Assembly: GCA_043228905.1 (NCBI GenBank)
Contig: JBHGNT010000001.1
Coordinates: 14,632,001-14,696,000, forward strand
DNA length: 64,000 nucleotides
Reading direction: 5' to 3'
From: Azolla caroliniana
Lineage: Eukaryota; Plantae; Polypodiophyta
The notes beneath the pieces are model-generated. The model did not search any database. It was not told the origin of the DNA and saw nothing but the letters and a program-made list of their open reading frames with translations. Numbering within the stretch: the stretch's first letter is position 1; each line of letters opens with the position of its first letter. Shown here piece after piece: positions 13,281-24,800 of this stretch. A program made the translations under genes and the position numbers.

Positions 13281-15356
13281 GTGCGTGAGCCAGAGAGCTA
13301 CGCAGAAGCCACTAAAGATGTGAATTGGCGTGCCGCGATGGTGGAAGAGATGCACGCATTGGCAGAGAACGAGACCTGGGACCTGGTTGACGCACCGAAG
13401 GGTGTGAAGCCGATCGGGTGTAGGTGGGTGTACAAGGTCAAGTACAACATTGATGGCTCGGTCAACCGGTACAAGGCTCGGCTAGTGGCAAAGGGCTACG
13501 CGCAGAAACACGGCATCGACTACGATGAGACGTTTGCGCCGGTCGCGAAAATGACGACCGTCCGTGTTTTGCTGGCAGTAGCTGCGGCGAAGGGGTGGCA
13601 CTTACATCAGATGGATGTAAAGAATGCGTTCCTACAAGGTGACCTTGAGGAACAGGTGTACATGGTACAGCCCCCCGGATTTCACTCTGGAACAAACTCC
13701 TCGGCAGTATGCCGACTGAAGAAGTCCCTTTACGGACTGAAGCAAGCCCCGCGTGCCTGGAACGCGAAGATCACGCAACAACTGCGTCGGATGGACTTCG
13801 TCACATCAAAATCGGACTCTTCCCTGTTCATCCGGAAAGGTCGACTCGGACCGGTTAGTATTCTACTATATGTTGATGACTTTGTCATCACCGGCGCTGA
13901 CCTAGGTGAAATCGACCGCGTGAAGCTCCAGCTTGCAGCATCCATCGACATGAAGGATCTGGGGGACCTTCATTACTTCCTCGGGATCGAAGTGATCCGT
14001 ACCCCCGAAGGCATATTGATCAGCCAACGTCATTACGTGCTGAGTATGCTCTTCAAATTCAGGATGGCCGACTGTAAGTCCATCTCGACTCCTCTGGACA
14101 GAACCGTCAAGCTTCGTCCTGATACGGGAAAGGTATCCGACCCGACAAGGTTCCGACAAATTGTCGGAAGCCTCATATACTTGACCATCACCCGACCCGA
14201 CCTCAGTTATCCGGTCGGGGTGATCAGTCAGTTCATGGCGCGACCTACCGAGGAGCACCTTCAATGTGGGCAACGCATACTTCGGTATGTCAACGGCACT
14301 AAGAACCGGGGACTGCTACATCGGACCGGTGCGGCCGCGCAATTAGTCGGCTACACCGATGTTGATTGGGCTGGCAACGCCGTCGATCGCCGATCCACGT
14401 CCGGATACGCGTTCTCCCTCGGGAGTGCCGCAATCGCGTGGAGCAGTAAGAAGCAGCCGACAGTTGCACTGTCGAGCACCGAAGCTGAGTACCGAGGAGC
14501 GGCTGTCGCAACATGCAAAGCCATATGGTTGAAGCGGCTACTTAAGGACCTACAAGAGGAGGTGTCCGATCTGACGACGATCTACTGCGACAACCTCAAC
14601 AGCATCCAGCTCGTGAAAAACCCTGTTTTCCACGCACGGACCAAGCACATTGAGGTGCACTACCATTTCGTCTGTGAGCGTGTCCTTTCCGGTGAAGTCG
14701 AACTTCAGTGCGTTCCGACGGATCGGCAGGCTGCCGACATCTTCACCAAGCCACTTGGTCTGGACAAGTTGCGGCAATTCTCAGGTGCGCTCGGGTTGCG
14801 TCACCTTGATGTGCCGAGCTTGAGGGGGAGAACAGTCCCGAACGACCAAGCAAGGCAGCAGGAAAGGACCGGACACCGCGACACCGAGTCAGTTGACAAG
14901 TTCGACATCGGATCGGCTGAAGAAGCCGAGGGCGGACCCGCAGAAAAGTTCGGAAGCAAACAGAAGGGGAGCAACCGAAGGAGAGAGCCGAAGCCAACCA
15001 CGCATAGGGGAGACGACGCCATCGAGGGCGAGAAGACCAACGACGAGTTGGAGACAGCCAACTCGGACGAGAGCGAAAACCGATCGGAGGTGGTCGAGTC
15101 GGTTTGGATGTTTGATTCAGACACGTTGAATCAACCGAGGCCCAAGCGGAAGAAAAGGCAGCAGGACAAGCGTCAACACCGCAACAGCAGAAGAGCTGAT
15201 AAGGGCCGCCTGAGCAGACAAGCCGACCGGAAGGGTCGAAGCGCGCAGAGTCGAACAGGTCGAGGAGCGCGAGCGAGGCGTGAAGCCAGGAGGAATCGGA
15301 GTTGTGAGCCCGAGGATCCCGAAGAGCCTCGAGTTGAGCTTGAGGGGGAGTGTTGA
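13281..15356 (+). CDS. Copia D reverse transcriptase-RNase H with a ~180-aa charged C-terminal extension
   Basis: YKARLVAKGY, QMDVKNAFL, LLYVDD, RTKHIEVHYHF and ADIFTK motifs; the frame stays open to the start of the 3' LTR. Confidence 0.88.
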   Translation: MREPESYAEATKDVNWRAAMVEEMHALAENETWDLVDAPKGVKPIGCRWVYKVKYNIDGSVNRYKARLVAKGYAQKHGIDYDETFAPVAKMTTVRVLLAVAAAKGWHLHQMDVKNAFLQGDLEEQVYMVQPPGFHSGTNSSAVCRLKKSLYGLKQAPRAWNAKITQQLRRMDFVTSKSDSSLFIRKGRLGPVSILLYVDDFVITGADLGEIDRVKLQLAASIDMKDLGDLHYFLGIEVIRTPEGILISQRHYVLSMLFKFRMADCKSISTPLDRTVKLRPDTGKVSDPTRFRQIVGSLIYLTITRPDLSYPVGVISQFMARPTEEHLQCGQRILRYVNGTKNRGLLHRTGAAAQLVGYTDVDWAGNAVDRRSTSGYAFSLGSAAIAWSSKKQPTVALSSTEAEYRGAAVATCKAIWLKRLLKDLQEEVSDLTTIYCDNLNSIQLVKNPVFHARTKHIEVHYHFVCERVLSGEVELQCVPTDRQAADIFTKPLGLDKLRQFSGALGLRHLDVPSLRGRTVPNDQARQQERTGHRDTESVDKFDIGSAEEAEGGPAEKFGSKQKGSNRRREPKPTTHRGDDAIEGEKTNDELETANSDESENRSEVVESVWMFDSDTLNQPRPKRKKRQQDKRQHRNSRRADKGRLSRQADRKGRSAQSRTGRGARARREARRNRSCEPEDPEEPRVELEGEC

Positions 15357-16352
15357 GAGACAAGCTCAACATCGGCCGGATCGGCTGAAGAAGCCGAGGA
15401 CTGGATCGGTTGGGACCGATCGGTTAGGCCGAGTGCGTAAACCGGGAGGTCATTAGGAAAGATATTCCGTGAGGAATATATTTGGGAGTTAGTGTAGGAG
15501 CTCTTGATGAGCATTGAAGTACTGTCAGTACTTCGGTCAGTCCTTTTAGGACTTGTATAAAAGTGCTCACTGAGCACGTCTTATGTACAGACAGAGTATT
15601 ATTGTTGAATATAGTTTTTGTGTCTTCTCTCTCACTCTCTCTGTCTCTCTCGTGTATACCGCTTAAGCTCAAGCTCTCCATTGAACCTGTTTTTCCTTCC
15701 TTCTGTTCGGTCTTCATACTTGCTTCCACACGCTACTTTTTACAATTTCTAACTCCATTGCCAGATGCCAGGTGGCTGAATCGGCAGCTGCCGATGCTTC
15801 TTCGTAGGACGTTAGTTCGCCGACGTCGGTGAAGAAAATTCCGGGAGAGTACCTCTCCGGAGGTTGCGACAGTCTCTCGGATCTTCGAGGTATGACTGGA
15901 TTGGTCGCACCGGGTGTTGATGTCGGATGGTCGGAAGCCGAGCCATTCGGTTGTGCCGAATTTGTGGATTTGGTGCGAGAGAAGTCGGTTACCCGTGAAA
16001 CCGGTCTCGTGTTGTCTGTTGGGCCGTCTTGAAGGGTTGGCACTTCGGAAAATATTACCCTTCGGACTTCAATAGGCCTTTCGGCCATTTTGTGCATAGT
16101 CCACTTGTTGAACACGACGTCCGAACTTCGGACGATTTTCCTGTGCTCGGGGTCCTAGAGTCGGTATCTGATCTCGCCGTCGAGTCCATACCCGAGGAAA
16201 ACGCATTTCCTTGATCTCGTTTCAAGTTTTCGGCGGTCGTCTTTCGGTATGAGGGCGTATGCCTCGCAACTGAAAATCCTTAGCTTATCATAATTCGGCT
16301 TTATGCCGGTTCATATTTCCTAAGGTATCTTAAGTCCTAGAGGTTGACTTGG

Positions 16353-19300
16353 TGTCGAATACAAGTGTATAATGGACGTATTCACACTATCCCTTTGTAT
16401 AGCCCAAGTTTGGGGCATTTGTGTAATTAGCATAAAGGGTAGTTGCCCTAAGTCGGTTGGCTATGTATAGTGACCTTGTAACCTTTTTGTAATGTTGAAT
16501 GTTGTATTATTGCTTTGGGAAATAGAAGGTCGTTTTTGTGTCTCTCTCTCTCTCTCTCTCTCTGTGCACTATCTCAGAAACTGTCATACGCAGGTATTCG
16601 AAACCTAATCGAATGCTTCTTGATCTTCCGCATCGACACGGCCTTGTCTCCAACATCTGGTATCAGAGCCTGCACAGTATTCGGTCCTTCATCCCGCTCT
16701 CGGCCGTCGTCTCAGCCTGCACAGCATTCGGTTTCTTGCGTCATTCGAAGAAGAGAGAAGAAGAAGAAAAACGAGGTTTGCATCTCATCGCGTTAGATCA
16801 TCTTCGCTTGGAGTAAGCCAGCAGGCTGTACTCTGTCCCTTGTGATCGTAACCGCTTGAGGTGAAATCCCCTTGTGCAACATTGACACGATCGTGCTCCA
16901 TTCGGTTAAACGGCATCCGAAGAGGTCATCAAACGCTGCTCGCCGCTCATTGTAACCACTCGGTGCAGATCGGTCTCAAGACAACAACCCAAATTCGTGC
17001 TTCATCTGGCTGATCGACATTCGGGAGGATCAGTTGGATCCGTCTCTCTCGTTGCTGCAGTCAACCGAAGCAGAATCGGTCCAGATAATCGGTTTCAATA
17101 ATCGGTATTCGGCATATATATCCGAAGCGAACCGGGCTCACTCCGACTCGGCAACATTCGGGAAGACCAGTCGGTTCTGTCCCTCGAGCTACCGGAGTCA
17201 ATTCGAGCAAGTTCCGAAGCCGAACCGACTCGGGTTCAAATCCGACTAGAACGATATCGGGTGAGCCAACCGGCTGCACTCCAACAAGGTTCGTAGTCAA
17301 CTCCGAACCGAGCTTCGTCAACCGAAACCGAATTTGATGGCATCAACATCCGGCTCGTCAGAAATGAGTCTACGAAAGTTCGATGGATCGAACTTCAACT
17401 TCTGGAAGGAGCAAATGCAGGACTATCTCATAGTCAAGGGGCAAATCGATCCCATCGAAAATGAAGAACCTCCAGAAGGATACAAACCAATTGAGTGGCA
17501 GAAGCTGGACAGAATCGTCCGCGCCACGATTCGGATGCACCTATCGGAATCGGTATACTTTACGGTGCAATCGTGTACGACAGCATTCGAACTGTGGAAA
17601 ACACTGTCGGACACCTACGAAAAGAAGGTCGCTGCAACAAAGATGTTTCTGATCCGGCGCCTCTACAACTTGCAGATGAAAGAATCCGACTCGGTTCAAG
17701 CACACCTCAATGAGTACGAAAGCATAAGCTCCCAAATCTCGTCACAGGGGACGGCAATCGAGGATGAACTCAGAGCAATGATACTCATGAGCAGCCTTCC
17801 CTCATCATGGGAAACTTTCGTCACAACCGTGTGCAACGCGTCAACCACGGCTGTTAAATACTCCGAAGTCACGAGCGCAATCCTGACCGAAGCAGCTCGG
17901 AGAAAGTCTTTCGCCAAAGACTCAACAGACGACGCTTATGTAGTACAAGGTTCGACAGACCGATCGAACATACGAGGAAGAGATTCCTCACGGTCGCCGA
18001 ACAATCAGCGAAGACGGAGCCAGTCACGGGATAACCGAATCTGCAACTATTGCAAGAAACCCGGACACATCAAAGCCGACTGCCGCGCACTCAAGAACAA
18101 GAACAACAAGAAGAGTGGCCGGCATGAGGAGATCAATTACGTCAGCTTCTCAGCTGATGTGCTACCAGACGACCCGAATATACTATCAATCGAAAATCCA
18201 GTCGGATCAGAAGTTCTACTCACGACTGAAGAATCGAGCACATGGCTCTTAGATTCGGGTGCGTCATTTCACGTGACTCCTCATCGATCCCAATTTCGGC
18301 AATATACGATCCGTCACTCCGACTCAGTTCGAGTCGGCAACTCACAACACTGTGACATCATCGGAATCGGCACAGTAGAGCTCAACCTTGCAGGTGGCTC
18401 TACACTTGTACTCCACAATGTCCGACATGTACCCGAGCTCTCAAGGCCATTGATCTCAGTCGGACAACTAGATGAAGACGGCATTCGTGCCGGTTTCTCT
18501 TCGGGAGGGTGGACACTCCACAGGGGGAACCTCCTGCTTGCTAGAGGACCCAAGATACACTCCCTGTATCCGTTACATGTTACGCTCAGAGAGGGTAACC
18601 TGTTTTTGGTGGATATTCCTGTGTCATCACTATGGCACAGAAGATTAGGACACCTCAGCAAGGCCGGCATCACGCACCTATCTAGAGCCGGATACATCCC
18701 TAAACTCTCCTTCTCCGACCATCAATTCTGCGAGCATTGCCAGTATGGCAAACAAGCAGCCGCATCACACCCGACATCAGCACCAAGAGAAACGAGACCT
18801 CTCGATTTGGTCCACTCGGACGTCTGTGGCCCAATGCCGCATCAGTCTCTCGGCGGTGCCTCTTACTTCGTCAGTTTTATTGACGATTCGACTCGAAAGG
18901 TGTGGGCGTATCCAATTCGCACCAAAGATCGTGTCTTCTCGATCTTCTCCGATTGGCTCGCTATGGTAGAAAATCAAACCGACCGAAAACTGAAATGCTT
19001 TCGGACAGACAATGGGGGAGAGTTCAAATCAGAAGAATTCGTCAAATTCTGCCGACAACGCGGCATCCGACGTGAATTTACGGCACCACACAGTCCGGAG
19101 CAAAACGGGATTGCAGAACGAATGAATCGGACAATCCAAGAACGGATAGTTTCCATGCTCCAACACTCCGGACTGTCGGATGGCTTCTGGGCAGAGGCTC
19201 TACTCACGGCAGTACACATAATCAATATGTCGCCAAGTAGACCTCTAGGACTTCAAATTCCTCAGGAACTATGGATCGGCAGTAAGCCGAATTACGACAA

Positions 19301-21845
19301 GCTGAGGATCTTCGGATGCGAGGCGTACGCCCTCATTCCGAAAGATGATCGCCGAAAACTTGCACCTCGGTCCAGGAAATGCATCTTCCTTGGATATGGA
19401 TCCGACGGCGAAATGGGATACCGACTCTGGGACCCCGAACGCAGACAAATCGTTCGAAGTTCGGACGTTGTGTTCAACGAGTCGGCTATGAATCCATCAG
19501 TCGAAAAACCGATCGAAGTCCGAAGGGTAACATTTTCCGATGTGCCGACCCTTCAAGAAGGCCCCGCTCTCAACACACGGTCAGCTTCACGGGTAGCTGA
19601 ACCTTACACTACCGACTCGGACAACCCCGACTCGGCACAGCAGAACAATCCGCTTTCGGACCATCCAACCACGATACCCGATGCGACCAGTCCAATCATA
19701 CCTCGACGATCCGAGAGACTGTCGCAACCTCCGGAGAGGTATTCTCCTGGAATTTTCTTCACCGACGCCGGCGAACCGACGTCTTACGAAGAAGCATCGA
19801 CATCTGTCGATTCAACCACCTGGCATCTGGCGATGGAGTCGGAAATGCACTGCATTCGGGCAAACAAGACTTGGGATCTGGTCGAACTACCTAAGAATCG
19901 ACGTGCTCTTCCTTGCAAGTGGGTTTATCGACTAAAAGAGACGTCTGATTCGACCACCCCAAAGTACAAGGCCAGATTAGTTGCGAAGGGCTTCCGACAA
20001 GAATATGGCGTCGACTTCGACGAGATTTTTTCACCAGTGGTGAAAATGACAACCCTTCGTTTTCTACTCGGCGTAGTGGCAGCCGACAACTTGGAGCTGA
20101 TTCAGCTAGATGTCAAAACAGCCTTCCTCCATGGTGATCTTGAAGAGGAAATTTATATGGAGCAGCCCAAAGGCTTCGTGGCAACTGGCCAAGAACATCT
20201 AGTCTCCCGACTCAGGAAGAGTCTATACGGCCTCAAACAGGCACCGCGACAATGGTACAAGAAGTTCGACGACTTCATCCAATCGATCGGCTTCTCAAAA
20301 AGCGATGAGGACCATTGTCTTTTCACCAACACAGCTCAAGATGGATCACCCATCTTCCTCATCATCTACGTGGACGACATGCTAATTTCCGGACGCCACG
20401 CGGGCGAACTTGCCGATCTCATTCGGCAACTGCGGTTGAAGTTTGCCATGAAGGACCTCGGTCCGGCACGACACATACTCGGCATGAAGATCAGTCGGCA
20501 TCGCGACAAACGACATCTTTTTTTGTCTCAGACCGACTATATCGGACGTGTCTTGGAACGCTTCAACATGCAATCAGCCAAATCTGCTTCAACCCCGCTC
20601 CCCATGAATCTTCGGCTCTCTCAGCGAGACTGCCCGACATCCGGTCCGGAGGGGGAAGATATGAAGTCGGTACCGTATGCACCGGCAGTCGGCTCCCTTA
20701 TGTACCTGATGGTCGCGACACGGCCTGATATTTCTCATGCCGTAGGAGTCGTTAGCAGATTTATGCACAATCCTGGCCGATCGCATTGGAACGCAGTCAA
20801 GCATGTGTTCAGATATCTGGCTAGCACAAAAGACCACGGCATTCTTTTCGGTCCGAACCGAACCTCAGGCGTAGTCGGTTACACCGACTCGGACTTCGCC
20901 GGCTGTATAGACAGTCGAAAATCAACAACCGGATACTGCTTCAAATTCGGCAATGGAGCAATCTCGTGGAAGTCGAAACTTCAGGAGTGCACAGCGACCT
21001 CAACGACCGAAGCAGAATATGTAGCTGCGTCCGACGCAGCAAAAGAAGCTTTGTGGCTCGGTCGGCTGGCGCACACGTTTCGACAAGTCGACCATGACTC
21101 GGCCCCAGTTGTCTACAGCGACAGTCAAGGTGCTGTTGCCTTGTCGAAAAATCCGGTTCACCACAACGCCTCCAAACATATCGACGTTCGATATCACTTC
21201 GTTCGGGACTGCGTCATTTCAGGGAAAATCGGTCTAGAGAAAATATCCACAACCGACAATGTCGCAGATGGAATGACCAAGTGTCTTTCGGCAGACCGCT
21301 TTCGGTCCCTTCGGCATCAGATGGGCGTAACGACAAACCAGTCCGGTTAGAGCCGGACACAGCACAGGATGGTTTCGGACAACCGACATCAGTTCCTTAA
21401 TGATCGGCTTCAACTCTTCCGACCCGACCAGTTCGGTCTTCTGCCTTCGGACCCTGCCGACTCGAACAAAAACTGATATGTCCGAGAACCTAGGTTTATA
21501 CCTGTAATCTTAGATAACCCATGTATACGCCCATTACGGGGGAGTGTCGAATACAAGTGTATAATGGACGTATTCACACTATCCCTTTGTATAGCCCAAG
21601 TTTGGGGCATTTGTGTAATTAGCATAAAGGGTAGTTGCCCTAAGTCGGTTGGCTATGTATAGTGACCTTGTAACCTTTTTGTAATGTTGAATGTTGTATT
21701 ATTGCTTTGGGAAATAGAAGGTCGTTTTTGTGTGTCTCTCTCTCTCTCTCTCTGTGCACTATCTCAGAAACTGTCATACGCAGGTATTCGAAACCTAATC
21801 GAATGCTTCTTGATCTTCCGCATCGACACGGCCTTGTCTCCAACA
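16353..21845 (+). mobile_element. Copia E, intact and very young (Tnt1/Tork-like)
   Basis: LTRs 16353-16655 and 21545-21845 differ only in a (TG)/(TC) microsatellite by eye; TSD CTTGG; Met PBS 16658-16670; PPT just before 21545; one uninterrupted ORF. Confidence 0.96.
17334..21350 (+). CDS. Copia Gag-Pol polyprotein, 1338 aa (first ATG at 17337)
   Basis: CNYCKKPGHIKADC knuckle, WLLDSGAS protease, HHCC/DDE integrase (HSDVCGP, RTDNGGEF, NGIAER), YVDD RT, RNase H (KHIDVRYHF, ADGMTK). Confidence 0.97.
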   Translation: MMASTSGSSEMSLRKFDGSNFNFWKEQMQDYLIVKGQIDPIENEEPPEGYKPIEWQKLDRIVRATIRMHLSESVYFTVQSCTTAFELWKTLSDTYEKKVAATKMFLIRRLYNLQMKESDSVQAHLNEYESISSQISSQGTAIEDELRAMILMSSLPSSWETFVTTVCNASTTAVKYSEVTSAILTEAARRKSFAKDSTDDAYVVQGSTDRSNIRGRDSSRSPNNQRRRSQSRDNRICNYCKKPGHIKADCRALKNKNNKKSGRHEEINYVSFSADVLPDDPNILSIENPVGSEVLLTTEESSTWLLDSGASFHVTPHRSQFRQYTIRHSDSVRVGNSQHCDIIGIGTVELNLAGGSTLVLHNVRHVPELSRPLISVGQLDEDGIRAGFSSGGWTLHRGNLLLARGPKIHSLYPLHVTLREGNLFLVDIPVSSLWHRRLGHLSKAGITHLSRAGYIPKLSFSDHQFCEHCQYGKQAAASHPTSAPRETRPLDLVHSDVCGPMPHQSLGGASYFVSFIDDSTRKVWAYPIRTKDRVFSIFSDWLAMVENQTDRKLKCFRTDNGGEFKSEEFVKFCRQRGIRREFTAPHSPEQNGIAERMNRTIQERIVSMLQHSGLSDGFWAEALLTAVHIINMSPSRPLGLQIPQELWIGSKPNYDKLRIFGCEAYALIPKDDRRKLAPRSRKCIFLGYGSDGEMGYRLWDPERRQIVRSSDVVFNESAMNPSVEKPIEVRRVTFSDVPTLQEGPALNTRSASRVAEPYTTDSDNPDSAQQNNPLSDHPTTIPDATSPIIPRRSERLSQPPERYSPGIFFTDAGEPTSYEEASTSVDSTTWHLAMESEMHCIRANKTWDLVELPKNRRALPCKWVYRLKETSDSTTPKYKARLVAKGFRQEYGVDFDEIFSPVVKMTTLRFLLGVVAADNLELIQLDVKTAFLHGDLEEEIYMEQPKGFVATGQEHLVSRLRKSLYGLKQAPRQWYKKFDDFIQSIGFSKSDEDHCLFTNTAQDGSPIFLIIYVDDMLISGRHAGELADLIRQLRLKFAMKDLGPARHILGMKISRHRDKRHLFLSQTDYIGRVLERFNMQSAKSASTPLPMNLRLSQRDCPTSGPEGEDMKSVPYAPAVGSLMYLMVATRPDISHAVGVVSRFMHNPGRSHWNAVKHVFRYLASTKDHGILFGPNRTSGVVGYTDSDFAGCIDSRKSTTGYCFKFGNGAISWKSKLQECTATSTTEAEYVAASDAAKEALWLGRLAHTFRQVDHDSAPVVYSDSQGAVALSKNPVHHNASKHIDVRYHFVRDCVISGKIGLEKISTTDNVADGMTKCLSADRFRSLRHQMGVTTNQSG

Positions 21846-24800
21846 CTTGGCGACATATTGATTATGTGTACTGTCGTGAGTAGAGCCTCTGCCCAGAAGC
21901 CATCCGACAGTCCGGAGTGTTGGAGCATGGATACAACGCGTTCTTGAATCGTTCGATTCATGTGTTCTGCAATTCCGTTCTGCTCTGGACTATATGGTGC
22001 CGTATATTCACGTCTAATGCCGCGTTCTCGGCAAAATTTGACGAATTCATCAGATTTGAAGTCACCTCCATTGTCGGTTCGGAGACACTTCAGTTTCCGA
22101 CCGGTCTGGTTTTCGACCATTGCGAGCCAATCTGAGAAGATCGAGAACACCCGATCTTTGGTTCTGATGGGGTAAGCCCACACCTTCCGAGTCGAGTCGT
22201 CAATGAGACTAACGAAGTATGAGGCACCACCGAGTGACTGATGTGGCATCGGGCCATAGACGTCCAAGTGGACCAAATCGAGTGGGCTCGACTCTCTTGG
22301 TGCTGATGTCGGGTGTGATGCGGCTACCTGTTTGCCGTACTGGCAATGCTCGCAAAACTGATGGTCCGAGAAGGAGAGTTTCGGGATGTATCCGGCTCTG
22401 GATAGGTGCGTGATGCCGGCCTTGCTGAGGTGTCCAGGTCGTCCATGCCATAACGATGACACAGGGATATCTACCAAAAATAAGTCACCCTCTCTGAGTG
22501 TGACATACAAAGGGTACAATGAGTGTACCTTTGGTCCTCTAGCAAGCAGGAGGTTCCCTCTGTGGAGTGTCCACCCTCCTGATGAGAAACCAGCACGGAT
22601 GCCAGCTTCATCAAGTTGTCCAACTGAGATCAAGGGTCGTGAGAGCTCAGGAACGTGTCGGACGTTGTGTAGTACGAGTGTAGAGCCACCCGGAAGGTTG
22701 AGCTCTACGGTGCCGATTCCGATGATAGCACAGTGCTGCGAATTTCCGACTCGAACTGAGTCGAAGTGCTGGTCCGAATATTGCCGAAACTGTGATTGGT
22801 GAGGTGTCACGTGATACGACGCGCCCGAGTCCAGAAGCCATGTGCTCGATTCCTTAGTCGTAAGCAGAACTTCTGATTCGACTAGATTCTCTATGGACAA
22901 TATGTTCGGGTTGGTCGTCAATATCTCGGCTGAAGAGCCAATGTAGTTGACTTCCTCATGTCGGTTACTCCTCTGATCAGCTCTCTGAGTTTTGTCTGTC
23001 TTTGACTTGAGTACCCGACAGTCGGCCTTGATGTGTCCCGGTTTCTTGCAGTAGTTGCAGATTCGGGTTTCTAGGGACTTGTTGCGGCTTCACTAAATTT
23101 GTCGACAATCGGGAAGAACTTCTTCCCCGGTTGTTCGATCGGTCGATCGAACCTTGTACTAAATAGGCTTCTTCTGCCGAGTCTTTGGTGAAAGACTTTC
23201 TCCGAGCTGCTTCAGTCAGGATTGCACTTGTGATTTCGGAGTTCTTGATGGCAGTCGTAGAAGCGTTGCACACAGTTGTAATGAAGGTTTCCCAAGAGGA
23301 GGGGAGACTTCTCATGAGTATCATTGCTCTGAGTTCATCTTCAATTGTTGTCCCTTGTGACGAGATTTGGGAGCTCAAACTTTCGTACTCGTTAAGGTGT
23401 GCCTGAACCGAATCGGAGTCTTTCATCCGCAAGTTGTAGAGGCGCCGGATCAAATACATTTTCGTTGAGGCGACCTTCTTTTCGTAGGTTTCCGATAGCT
23501 TCTTCCAAAGTTCGAAGGTTGCCGTGCACGATTGCACTGTGAAGTACACTGACTCCGACAAGTGCATCCGAATCGTGGCGCGGACGATTCTGTCCAGCTT
23601 CTGCCACTCATTTGCCTTGTATATTTCTGGAGCAGTTTCATTCTCAATCGGATCGATCTGACCCTTGACTATAAGATAGTCTTGCATTTGCTCCTTCCAA
23701 AAATTGAAGTTCGAACCGTCGAACCTCCTTAGACTCATTTCCGATGAGCCGAATGTTGATGCCATCAGATTCGGTTTCGGTTGACGAAGCTCGGTTCGGA
23801 GTTGACTACGAACCTTGTTGGAGTGCAGCCGGTCGGCTCACCCGGTATCGTTCTAGTCGGATTTGAACCCGAGTCGGTTCGGCTTCGGATATATGTATTG
23901 TTGAACTTGCTCGAATTGACTCTGGTAACTTGAGGGACAGAACTGACTTGTCTTCCCCAATGTTGCCGAGTCGGAGTGAGCCCGGTTCGCTTCCGAATAT
24001 ATATGCCAAATACTGATTATTGAAACCGATTGTCTGGACCGATTCTGCTTCGGGTGACTACAGCGACGAGAGAGACGGATCCAATTGATCCTCCCGAATG
24101 TTGATCAGCCGGATGAAGCACGAATTGGGGTTGTTGTCTTGAGACCGATCTGCACCGAGTGGTTACAATGGGCGGCGAGCAGCGTTCGATGACCTGTTCG
24201 GATGTCGTTTAACCGAGTGGAGCACGATCGTGTCAATGTTGCACAAGGGGATTTCACCTCGAGCGGTTATGATCACAAGGAACAGAGTACAGCCAGCTGG
24301 CTTACTCCAAGCGAAGATGATCTAACGCGATGAGATGCAAGCCTCATTTTTCTTCTTCTTCTCTCTTCTCTGTTTCTTCAAATACAAAGCAAAAAAAACA
24401 GAATGTTGTGATCCAAAGATTCGAATGGCGGCCGGCAGCGGGATGAAGGACATCCAAGCTCTGATACCAAATGTAGGGAATGAACAAAGTCGTTAGTGCG
24501 GAAGAGATCACACAGTATGAATCTGTGAGGAAGAAATACCTGCATATGAGAGAGGCAAGAACAAGATACGTACAGGGAGGGAGAGAGAGAGAGGCACAAA
24601 GCATATATCTATATTCATAAAAGGGCAACAGTTACAACAATGAACAACCAACCTTTACAAAGGGTTACAAAGTCACTTTATATAGTGACTCACATAGGGC
24701 AACTGCCCTTTATGTTATTTACAGAAATATACCGAACTTGGGCTCTCTAAGAGAATAGTGTGAATATGTCCATTATACATTTGTATTCGATAGAACCACT

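Larger units (their letters stand above)
4078..15744 (+). mobile_element. Copia D (second lineage, possibly Bryco/RLC5-like), disrupted by G1 and a 72-bp insert
   Basis: 394-bp LTRs 4078-4471 and 15351-15744 (7 transitions by eye); TSD ATTTC; PBS TGGTATCAGAGC at 4472; gag ...EKLDRTNY..WSYKMHQYLLGHGYW; PR WYVDSGASNHMT; INT 11761-12720; RT-RH from 13281; PPT 15341-15350. Lineage name is from recall, not from a search. Confidence 0.93.
2195..24792 (-). mobile_element. Copia C, full-length but disrupted (pieces 2195-4077, 15745-16352, 21846-24792)
   Basis: 321-bp LTRs 2195-2515 and 24472-24792 (~7 differences by eye); TSD GAACC; Met PBS 24458-24469; PPT 2516-2522; gag 22977-23765, PR/INT 21850-22921, RT/RH 2709-3978 with an internal RT deletion near 3850. 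Confidence 0.93.

Noticed and set aside
14743-15577. Antisense or env-like extra ORFs in Copia D, and similar shadow ORFs opposite other pol genes
   Set aside because: No recognisable domains; expected by chance in GC-rich coding DNA.
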